Below, piece by piece: positions 10,501 to 22,500 of a stretch of DNA of 64,000 nt (position 1 is the stretch's first letter; the number at the start of each line of letters is the position of its first letter). The stretch lies in assembly GCF_009914755.1 (NCBI RefSeq), contig NC_060947.1. One strand, written 5' to 3'. The position numbers and the translations under genes are program-made. The notes below the pieces were generated by a model, which made no database searches, was not told the DNA's origin, and was given only the letters and a program-made list of their open reading frames with translations. This DNA comes from the human T2T-CHM13v2.0 reference genome, Homo sapiens.

Positions 10501-13500
10501 CAAGGGTGTTGCAAACCTCAACTATCAAAGGAAGGTTCAACTCTGTGAGTTGAATGCAAACATCACAAACAATGTTCTGAGTTTACTTCCGTTCAGTTAT
10601 GGGAAGTTGATCCCGTTTCCAACGAAATCCTCAGAGAGGTCCAAATATCCCCTTGCAGATTCTACAAAACGTGTGTTTGGAAACTGCTCCATCATAACGA
10701 ATGTTCAGCTCTCTGAGTTAAACTCCATCGTCACAAAGAATTTTCTGAGAGTGCTACCGTCTAGTTTTTATATGAAGTTCTTTCCTTTACTACCACAGGC
10801 CTCAAAGCGGTCCAAATCTCCACTTGCAGATTCTACAAAAAGAGTGTTTGCAAACTGCTCTATCAAAAGGAATGTTCAACTCTGGGAGTTGAATGCAATC
10901 ATCACAGAGCAGTTTCTGAGAATGCTTCTATGTCGTTTTTAGGAGAAGATATTTCCTTTTCCAACACAGTCCCCCAAGCCCGCTAAATAGCCACTTGCAC
11001 ATTGTAGAAAAAGTGTGTCGAAGCTGCGCTATCAAAGGGAAAGTTCAACTCTGTGAGGTGAATGCAAACATCCCAAAGAAGTTTCTGAGAATGCTTCCGT
11101 TTAGCTTTTAGGTGAAGATTATCCCGTTTCCAACGAAATCTTCAAAGAGGTCCAAATATCCCCTTGCGGATCCCACAGAAAGAGTGTTTCGAAACTGCTG
11201 TTTCAAAAGGAATCTTCAACTCTGTGAGTTGAATGCAATCATCACAAAGAAGTTTCCGACAATGCTTCTCTCTCGTCTTTCTGTGAAGATAAAGGAAAAG
11301 GCTTTCAGGCCTTTTCCACCACAGGCCTGAAAGCGCTCCAAATGTCCACTTGCAGATTCTGCCAAAAGAATATTTCAAAACTGCTCTATGAAAAGCAATG
11401 TTAAACTCTGCGGCTCGAACACAAACATCACAAAGCAGTTTCTGAGAATGCTTCAGTTTAGTTTTTCTGTGGAAATATTCCCGTTTCCAAAGAACTCTTC
11501 AAAGAGGTCCACATATCCACTTACAGATTCTACAAAAAGACAGTTTCAAAACTGCTCCATCAAAAGGAGGGTTCAACTGTGTGACTTGAATGCAATCATC
11601 ACTCAGAAGTTTCTGAGAACGCTTCTCTTTAGTTTTTACATGAACATATACCCGTTTCGAACGAAGGCCAGCCAGTGGTCCAAATATCCACTTGCAGATT
11701 CTACAGAAAGAGTGTTTCGAACCTGAACTCTCAAAGGCAGGTTCATCTCTGCGAGTTAAATGCATTCATCATGAAGAACTTTCTCAGCATGTTTGTGTTT
11801 AGTTATGGGAAATTATTCCCGTTTCCAACGAAATCCTCAGAGAGGTCCAAATATCCACCTGCAGATTCTACCAAAAGTGTATTTGGAAACTGCTCCATCA
11901 AAAGGCATGTTCAGCTCTGTGAGTGAAACTCCATCATCACAAAGAATATTCTGAGAATGCTTCCGTTTGCCTTTTATATGAAGTTCCTTCCTATACTACC
12001 GTAGGCCTCAAAGCAGTCCAAATCTCCATTTGCAGATTCTACAAAAAGAGTGATTCCAATCTGCTCTATCAATAGGATTGTTCAACTCCATGAGTTGAAT
12101 GCCATCCTCACAAAGTCGTTTCTGAGAATGCTTCTATCTAGTTTTTATGTGAAGATAGTTCCTTTTCGACCACAGGCCTCAAAGCCCTCCAAACGTCCAC
12201 TTGCAGATTCTCGAAAAAGAGTGTTTCATAGCTGCTCTTTCAAAAGGAAAGTTCAACTCTGGGAGGTGAATACAAACATCACAAAGTAGTTTCCGAGAAT
12301 GCTTCTGTTTAGTTCTTATGTGAAGATGATCCCGTTTCCAGTGAAATCTTCAAAGAGGTCCACATATCCCCTTGCAGATTCCTAAGAAAGAGGGTTTCAA
12401 AACTGCTCCATCAAAAGGATTGTTCAACTCTGTGAGTTGAATGCAGTCATCGCAGAAAACTTTCTGAGAATGCTTCTGTCTAGGTTTGATGTGAAGGTAT
12501 AGACGTTTCAAACGAAGGCTACAAAGTGGTCAAAATATACACTTGCAGATTCTACTACAAGGGTGTTGCAAACCTCAACTATCAAAGGACGGTTCAACTC
12601 TGTGAGTTGAATGCAAACATCACAAAGAATGTTCTGAGTTTGCTTCCGTTCAGTTATGGGAAGTTGATCCCGTTTCCAACGAAATCCTCAGAGAGGTCCA
12701 AATATCCCCTTGCAGATTCTACAAAACGTGTGTTTGGAAACTGCTCCATCATAACGAATGTTCAGCTCTCTGAGTTAAACTCCATCGTCACAAAGAATTT
12801 TCTGAGAGTGCTACCGTCTAGTTTTTATATGAAGTTCTTTCCTTTACTACCACAGGCCTCAAAGCGGTCCAAATCTCCACTTGCAGATTCTACAAAAAGA
12901 GTGTTTGCAAACTGCTCTATCAAAAGGAATGTTCAACTCTGGGAGTTGAATGCAATCATCACAGAGCAGTTTCTGAGAATGCTTCTATGTCGTTTTTAGG
13001 AGAAGATATTTCCTTTTCCAACACAGTCCTCCAAGCCCGCTAAATATCCACTTGCACACTGTAGAAAAGTGTGTCGAAGCTGCGCTATCAAAGGGAAAGT
13101 TCAACTCTGTGAGGTGAATGCAAACATCCCAAAGAAGTTTCTGAGAATGCTTCCGTTTAGCTTTTAGGTGAAGATTATCCCGTTTCCAACGAAACCTTCA
13201 AAGAGGTCCAAATATCCCCTTGCGGATCCCACAGAAAGAGTGTTTCGAAACTGCTGTTTCAAAACGAATCTTCAACTCTGTGAGTTGGATGCAATCATCA
13301 CAAAGAAGTTTCTGACAATGCTTCTCTCTCGTCTTTCTGTGAAGATAAAGGAAAAGGCTTTCAGGCCTTTTCCACCACAGGCCTCAAAGCGCTCCAAATG
13401 TCCACTTGCAGATTCTGCCAAAAGAATATTTCAAAACTACTCTATGAAAAGCAATGTTAAACTCTGTGGCTCGAACACAAACATCACAAAGCAGTTTCTG

Positions 13501-16500
13501 AGAATGCTTCAGTTTAGTTTTTCTGTGGAAATATTCCCGTTTCCAAAGAAATCTTCTAAGAGGTCCACGCATCCACTTACAGATTCTACAAAAAGACAGT
13601 TTCAAAACTGCTCAATCAAAAGGAGGGTTCAACTGTGTGACTTGAATGCAATCATCACTCAGAAGTTTCTGAGAACGCTTCTCTTTAGTTTTTACGTGAA
13701 CATATACCCGTTTCGAACGAAGGCCAGCCAGTGGTCCAAATATCCACTTGCAGATTCTACAGAAAGAGTGTTTCGAACCTGAACTCTCAAAGGCAGGTTC
13801 ATCTCTGCGAGTTAAATGCATTCATCATGAAGAACTTTCTCAGCGTGTTTGTGTTTAGTTATGGGAAATTATTCCCGTTTCCAACGAAATCCTCAGAGAG
13901 GTCCAAATATCCACCTGCAGATTCTACCAAAAGTGTATTTGGAAACTGCTCCATCAAAAGGCATGTTCAGCTCTGTGAGTGAAACTCCATCATCACAAAG
14001 AATATTCTGAGAATGCTTCCGTTTGCCTTTTATATGAAGTTCCTTCCTATACTACCGTAGGCCTCAAAGCAGTCCAAATCTCCATTTGCAGATTCTACAA
14101 AAAGAGTGATTCCAATCTGCTCTATCAATAGGATTGTTCAACTCCATGAGTTGAATGCCATCCTCACAAAGTCGTTTCTGAGAATGCTTCTATCTAGTTT
14201 TTATGTGAAGATATTTCCTTTTCCACCACAGGCCTCAAAGCCCTCCAAACGTCCACTTGCAGATTCTCGAAAAAGAGTGTTTCATAGCTGCTCTTTCAAA
14301 AGGAAAGTTCAACTCTGGGAGTTGAATACAAACATCACAAAGTAGTTTCCGAGAATGCTTCTGTTTAGTTCTTATGTGAAGATGATCCCGTTTCCAGTGA
14401 AATCTTCAAAGAGGTCCACATATCCCCTTGCAGATTCCAAAGAAAGAGGGTTTCAAAACTGCTCCATCAAAAGGATTGTTCAACTCTGTGAGTTGAATGC
14501 AGTCATCGCAGAAAACTTTCTGAGAATGCTTCTGTCTAGGTTTGATGTGAAGATATAGACGTTTCAAACGAAGGCTACAAAGTGGTCAAAATATACACTT
14601 GCAGATTCCACTGCAAGGGTGTTGCAAACCTCAACTATCAAAGGAAGGTTCAACTCTGTGAGTTGAATGCAAACATTACAAAGAATGTACTGAGTTTGCT
14701 TCCGTTCAGTTATGGGAAGTTGATCCCGTTTCCAACGAAATCCTCAGAGAGGTCCAAATATCCCCTTGCAGATTCTACAAAACGTGTGTTTGGAAACTAC
14801 TCCATCATAACGAATGTTCAGCTCTCTGAGTTAAACTCCATCGTCACAAAGAATTTTCTGAGAGTGCTACCGACTAGTTTTTATATGAAGTTCTTTCCTT
14901 TACCACCACAGGCCTCAAAGCGGTCCAAATCTCCACTTGCAGATTCTACAAAAAGAGTGTTTGCAAACTGCTCTATCAAAAGGAATGTTCAACTCTGGGA
15001 GTTGAATGCAATCATCACAGAGCAGTTTCTGAGAATGCTTCTATGTCGTTTTTAGGAGAAGATATTTCCTTTTCCAACACAGTCCTCCAAGCCCGCTAAA
15101 TATCCACTTGCACATTGTAGAAAAAGTGTGTCGAAGCTGCGCTATCAAAGGGAAAGTTCAACTCTGTGAGGTGAATGCAAACATCCCAAAGAAGTTTCTG
15201 AGAATGCTTCCGTTTAGCTTTTAGGTGAAGATTATCCCGTTTCCAACGAAACCGTCAAAGAGGTCCAAATATCCCCTTGCGGATCCCACAGAAAGAGTGT
15301 TTCGAAACTGCTGTTTCAAAAGGAATCTTCAACTCTGTGAGTTGAATGCAATCATCACAAAGAAGTTTCTGACAATGCTTCTCTCTCGTCTTTCTGTGAA
15401 GATAAAGGAAAAGGCTTTCAGGCCTTTTCCACCACAGGCCTGAAAGCGCTCCAAATGTCCACTTGCAGATTCTGCCAAAAGAATATTTCAAAACTGCTCT
15501 ATGAAAAGCAATGTTAAACTCTGTGGCTCGAACACAAACATCACAAAGCAGTTTCTGAGAATGCTTCAGTTTAGTTTTTCTGTGGAAATATTCCCGTTTC
15601 CAAAGAAATCTTCAAAGAGGTCCACGCATCCACTTACAGATTCTACAAAAAGACAGTTTCAAAACTGCTCAATCAAAAGGAGGGTTCAACTGTGTGACTT
15701 GAATGCAATCATCACTCAGAAGTTTCTGAGAACGCTTCTCTTTAGTTTTTACGTGAACATATACCCGTTTCGAACGAAGGCCAGCCAGTGGTCCAAATAT
15801 CCACTTGCAGATTCTACAGAAAGAGTGTTTCGAACCTGAACTCTCAAAGGCAGGTTCATCTCTGCGAGTTAAATGCATTCATTATGAAGAACTTTCTCAG
15901 AGTGTTTGTGTTTAGTTATGGGAAATTATTCCCGTTTCCAAGGAAATCCTCAGAGAGGTCCAAATATCCACCTGCAGATTCTACCAAAAGTGTATTTGGA
16001 AACTGCTCCATCAAAAGGCGTGTTCAGCTCTGTGAGTGAAACTCCATCATCACAAAGAATATTCTGAGAATGCTTCCGTTTGCCTTTTATATGAAGTTCC
16101 TTCCTATACTACCGTAGGCCTCAAAGCAGTCCAAATCTCCATTTGCAGATTCTACAAAAAGAGTGATTCCAATCTGCTCTATCAATAGGATTGTTCAACT
16201 CCATGAGTTGAATGCCATCCTCACAAAGTCGTTTCTGAGAATGCTTCTATCTAGTTTTTATGTGAAGATATTTCCTTTTCCACCACAGGCCTCAAAGCCC
16301 TCCAAACGTCCACTTGCAGATTCTCGAAAAAGAGTGTTTCATAGCTGCTCTTTCAAAAGGAAAGTTCAACTCTGGGAGGTGAATACAAACATCACAAAGT
16401 AGTTTCCGAGAATGCTTCTGTTTAGTTCTTATGTGAAGATGATCCCGTTTCCAGTGAAATCTTCAAAGAGGTCCACATATCCCCTTGCAGATTCCAAAGA

Positions 16501-19500
16501 AAGAGGGTTTCAAAACTGCTCCATCAAAAGGATCCTTCAACTCTGTGAGTTGAATGCAGTCATCGCAGAAAACTTTCTGAGAATGCTTCTGTCTAGGTTT
16601 GATGTGAAGATATAGACGTTTCAAACGAAGGCTACAAAGTGGTCAAAATATACACTTGCAGATTCCACTGCAAGGGTGTTGCAAACCTCAACTATCAAAG
16701 GAAGGTTCAACTCTGTGAGTTGAATGCAAACATCACAAAGAATGTACTGAGTTTGCTTCCGTTCAGTTATGGGAAGTTGATCCCGTTTCCAACGAAATCC
16801 TCAGAGAGGTCCAAATATCCCCTTGCAGATTCTACAAAACGTGTGTTTGGAAACTACTCCATCATAACGAATGTTCAGCTCTCTGAGTTAAACTCCATCG
16901 TCACAAAGAATTTTCTGAGAGTGCTACCGTCTAGTTTTTATATGAAGTTCTTTCCTTTACTACCACAGGCCTCAAAGCGGTCCAAATCTCCACTTGCAGA
17001 TTCTACAAAAAGAGTGTTTGCAAACTGCTCTATCAAAAGGAATGTTCAACTCTGGGAGTTGAATGCAATCATCACAGAGCAGTTTCTGAGAATGCTTCTA
17101 TGTCGTTTTTAGGAGAAGATATTTCCTTTTCCAACACAGTCCTCCAAGCCCGCTAAATATCCACTTGCACATTGTAGAAAAAGTGTGTCGAAGCTGCGCT
17201 ATCAAAGGGAAAGTTCAACTCTGTGAGGTGAATGCAAACATCCCAAAGAAGTTTCTGAGAATGCTTCCGTTTAGCTTTTAGGTGAAGATTATCCCGTTTC
17301 CAACGAAACCGTCAAAGAGGTCCAAATATCCCCTTGCGGATCCCACAGAAAGAGTGTTTCGAAACTGCTGTTTCAAAAGGAATCTTCAACTCTGTGAGTT
17401 GAATGCAATCATCACAAAGAAGTTTCTGACAATGCTTCTCTCTCGTCTTTCTGTGAAGATAAAGGAAAAGGCTTTCAGGCCTTTTCCACCACAGGCCTGA
17501 AAGCGCTCCAAATGTCCACTTGCAGATTCTGCCAAAAGAATATTTCAAAACTGCTCTATGAAAAGCAATGTTAAACTCTGTGGCTCGAACACAAACATCA
17601 CAAAGCAGTTTCTGAGAATGCTTCAGTTTAGTTTTTCTGTGGAAATATTCCCGTTTCCAAAGAAATCTTCAAAGAGGTCCACGCATCCACTTACAGATTC
17701 TACAAAAAGACAGTTTCAAAACTGCTCAATCAAAAGGAGGGTTCAACTGTGTGACTTGAATGCAATCATCACTCAGAAGTTTTTGAGAACGCTTCTCTTT
17801 AGTTTTTACGTGAACATATACCCGTTTCGAACGAAGGCCAGCCAGTGGTCCAAATATCCACTTGCAGATTCTACAGAAAGAGTGTTTCGAACCTGAACTC
17901 TCAAAGGCAGGTTCATCTCTGCGAGTTAAATGCATTCATCATGAAGAACTTTCTCAGAGTGTTTGTGTTTAGTTATGGGAAATTATTCCCGTTTCCAACG
18001 AAATCCTCAGAGAGGTCCAAATATCCACCTGCAGATTCTACCAAAAGTGTATTTGGAAACTGCTCCATCAAAAGGCATGTTCAGCTCTGTGAGTGAAACT
18101 CCATCATCACAAAGAATATTCTGAGAATGCTTCCGTTTGCCTTTTACATGAAGTTCCTTCCTATACTACCGTAGGCCTCAAAGCAGTCCAAATCTCCATT
18201 TGCAGATTCTACAAAAAGAGTGATTCCAATCTGCTCTATCAATAGGATTGTTCAACTCCATGAGTTGAATCCCATCCTCACAAAGTCGTTTCTGAGAATG
18301 CTTCTATCTAGTTTTTATGTGAAGATATTTCCTTTTCCACCACAGGCCTCAAAGCCCTCCAAACGTCCACTTGCAGATTCTCGAAAAAGAGTGTTTCATA
18401 GCTGCTCTTTCAAAAGGAAAGTTCAACTCTGGGAGTTGAATACAAACATCACAAAGTAGTTTCCGAGAATGCTTCTGTTTAGTTCTTATGTGAAGATGAT
18501 CCCGTTTCCAGTGAAATCTTCAAAGAGGTCCACATATCCCCTTGCAGATTCCAAAGAAAGAGGGTTTCAAAACTGCTCCATCAAAAGGATTGTTCAACTC
18601 TGTGAGTTGAATGCAGTCATCGCAGAAAACTTTCTGAGAATGCTTCTGTCTAGGTTTGATGTGAAGATATAGACGTTTCAAATGAAGGCTACAAAGTGGT
18701 CAAAATATACACTTGCAGATTCTACTACAAGGGTGTTGCAAACCTCAACTATAAAAGGAAGGTTCAACTCTGTGAGTTGAATACAAACATCACAAAGAAT
18801 GTTCTGAGTTTGCTTCCGTTCAGTTATGGGAAGTTGATCCCGTTTCCAACGAAATCCTCAGAGAGGTCCAAATATCCCCTTGCAGATTCTACAAAACGTG
18901 TGTTTGGAAACTGCTCCATCATAACGAATGTTCAGCTCTCTGAGTTAAACTCCATCGTCACAAAGAATTTTCTGAGAGTGCTACCGTCTAGTTTTTATAT
19001 GAAGTTCTTTCCTTTATTACCACAGGCCTCAAAGCGGTCCAAATCTCCACTTGCAGATTCTACAAAAAGAGTGTTTGCAAACTGCTCTATCCAAAGGAAT
19101 GTTCAACTCTGGGAGTTGAATGCAATCATCACAGAGCAGTTTCTGAGAATGCTTCTATGTCGTTTTTAGGAGAAGATATTTCCTTTTCCAACACAGTCCT
19201 CCAAGCCCGCTAAATATCCACTTGCACATTGTAGAAAAAGTGTGTCGAAGCTGCGCTATCAAAGGGAAAGTTCAACTCTGTGAGGTGAATGCAAACATCC
19301 CAAAGAAGTTTCTGAGAATGCTTCCGTTTAGCTTTTAGGTGAAGATTATCCCGTTTCCAACGAAATCTTCAAAGAGGTCCAAACATCCCCTTGCGGATCC
19401 CACAGAAAGAGTGTTTCGAAACTGCTGTTTCAAAAGGAATCTTCAACTCTGTGAGTTGAATGCAATCATCACAAAGAAGTTTCTGACAATGCTTCTCTCT

Positions 19501-22500
19501 CGTCTTTCTGTGAAGATAAAGGAAAAGGCTTTCAGCCCTTTTCCACCACAGGCCTGAAAGCGCTCCAAATGTCCACTTGCAGATTCTGCCAAAAGAATAT
19601 TTCAAAACTGCTCTATGAAAAGCAATGTTAAACTCTGTGGCTCGAACACAAACATCACAAAGCAGTTTCTGAGAATGCTTCAGTTTAGTTTTCCTGTGGA
19701 AATATTCCAGTTTCCAAAGAAATCTTCAAAGAGGTCCACGCATCCACTTACAGATTCTACAAAACGACAGTTTCAAAACTGCTCAATCAAAAGGAGGGTT
19801 CAACCGTGTGACTTGAATGCAATCATCACTCAGAAGTTTCTGAGAATGCTTCTCTTTAGTTTTTACGTGAACATATACCCGTTTCGAACGAAGGCCACCC
19901 AGTGGTCCCAATATCCACTTGCAGATTCTACAGAAAGAGTGTTTCGAACATGAACTCTCAAAGGCAGGTTCATCTCTGCGAGTTAAATGCATTCATCATG
20001 AAGAACTTTCTCAGCGTGTTTGTGTTTAGTTATGGGAAATTATTCCTCTATCCAAAGAAATCCTCAGAGAGGTCCAAATATCCACCTGCAGATTCTACCA
20101 AAAGTGTATTTGGAAACTGCTCCATCAAAAGGCATGTTCAGCTCTGTGAGTGAAACTCCATCATCACAAAGAATATTCTGAGAATGCTTCCGTTTGCCTT
20201 TTATATGAAGTTCCTTCCTATACTACCGTAGGCCTCAAAGCAGTCCAAATCTCCATTTGCAGATTCTACAAAAAGAGTGATTCCAATCTGCTCTATCAAT
20301 AGGAATGTTCAACTCCATGAGTTGAATGCCATCCTCACAAAGTCGTTTCTGAGAATGCTTCTATCTAGTTTTTATGTGAAGATATTTCCTTTTCCACCAC
20401 AGGCCTCAAAGCCCTCCAAACGTCCACTTGCAGATTCTCGAAAAAGAGTGTTTCGTAGCTGCTCTTTCAAAAGGAAAGTTCAACTCTCGGAGTTGAATAC
20501 AAACATCACAAAGTAGTTTCCGAGAATGCTTCTGTTTAGTTTTTATGTGAAGATGACCCCGTTTCCAGTGAAATCTTCAAAGAGGTCCACATATCCCCTT
20601 GCAGATTCCAAAGAAAGAGGGTTTCAAAACTGCTCCATCAAAAGGATTGTTCAACTCTGTGAGTTGAATGCAGTCATCATCGAAAACTTTCTGAGAAAGC
20701 TTCTGTCTAGGTTTGATGTGAAGATATAGACGTTTCAAACGAAGGCTACAAAGTGGTCAAAATATACACTTGCAGATTCTACTACAAGGGTGTTGCAAAC
20801 CTGAACTATCAAAGGAAGGTTCAACTCTGTGAGTTGAATACAAACATCACAAAGAATGTTCTGAGTTTGCTTCCGTTCAGTTATGGGAAGTTGATCCCGT
20901 TTCCAACGAAATCCTCAGAGAGGTCCAAATATCCCCTTGCAGATTCTACAAAACGTGTGTTTGGAAACTGCTCCATCATAACGAATGTTCAGCACTCTGA
21001 GTTAAACTCAATCGTCACAAAGAATTTTCTGAGAGTGCTACCGTCCAGTTTTTATATGAAGTTCTTTCCTTTACTACCACAGGCCTCAAAGCGGTCCAAA
21101 TCTCCACTTGCAGATTCTACAAAAAGAGTGTTTGCAAACTGCTCTATCAAAAGGAATGTTCAACTCTGGGAGTTGAATGCAATCATCACAGAGCAGTTTC
21201 TGAGAATGCTTCTATGTCGTTTTTAGGAGAAGATATTTCCTTTTCCAACACAGTCCTCCAAGCCCGCTAAATATCCACTTGCACATTGTAGAAAAAGTGG
21301 GTCAAGGCTGCGCTATCAAAGGGAAAGTTCAACTCTGTGAGGTGAATGCAAACATCCCAAAGAAGTTTCTGAGAATGCTTCCGCTTAGCTTTTAAGTGAA
21401 GATTATCCCGTTTGCAACGAAATCTTCAAAGAGGTCCAAATATCCCCTTGCGGATCCCACAGAAAGAGTGTTTCGAAACTGCTGTTTCAAAAGGAATCTT
21501 CAACTCTGTGAGTTGAATGCAATCATCACAAAGAAGTTTCCGACAATGCTTCTCTCTCGTCTTTCTGTGAAGAGAAAGGAAAAGGCTTTCAGGCCTTTTC
21601 CACCACAGGCCTGAAAGCCCTCCAAATGCCCACTTGCAGATTCTGCCAAAAGAATATTTCAAAACTGCTCTATGAAAAGCAATGTTAAACTCTGCGGCTC
21701 GAACACAAACATCACAAAGCAGTTTCTGAGAATGCTTCAGTTTAGTTTTTCTGTGGAAATATTCCCGTTTCCAAAGAAATCTTCAAAGAGGTCCACGTAT
21801 CCACTTACAGATTCTACAAAAAGACAGTTTCAAAACTGCTCAATCAAAAGGAGGGTTCCACCGTGTGACTTGAATGCAATCATCACTCAGAAGATTCTGA
21901 GAATGCTTCTCTGTAGTTTTTACGTGAACATATACCCGTTTCGAACGAAGGCCACCCAGTGGTCCAAATATCCACTTGCAGATTCTACAGAAAGAGTGTT
22001 TCGAACCTGAACTCTCAAAGGCAGGTTCATCTCTGCGAGTTCAATGCATTCATCATGAAGAACTTTCTCAGCGTGTTTGTGTTTAGTTATGGGAAATTAT
22101 TCCCGTTTCCAACGAAATCCTCAGAGAGGTCCAAATATCCACCTGCAGATTCTACCAAAAGTGTATTTGGAAACTGCTCCATCAAAAGGCATGTTCAGCT
22201 CCGTGAGCGAAACTCCATCATCACAAAGAATATTCTGAGAATGCTTCCGTTTGCCTTTTATATGAAGTTCCTTCCTATACGACCGTAGGCCTCAAAGCAG
22301 TCCAAATCTCCATTTGCAGATTCTACAAAAACCGTGATTCCAATCGGCTCTATCAATAGGATTGTTCAACTCCATGAGTTGAATGCCATCCTCACAAAGT
22401 CGTTTCTGAGAATGCTTCTATCTAGTTTTTATGTGAAGATATTTCCTTTTCCACCACAGGCCTCAAAGCCCTCCAAACGTCCACTTGCAGATTCTCGAAA

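Noticed and set aside
13168-13782. Longest ORF (204 aa), and similarly 27450-27995 (181 aa) and 34474-34926 (150 aa)
   Set aside because: Each is a chance fusion of repeat ORFs: tga>tca at ~13385, the in-frame 186-bp deletion, and tag>tac at ~34713. There is no sign of coding function.
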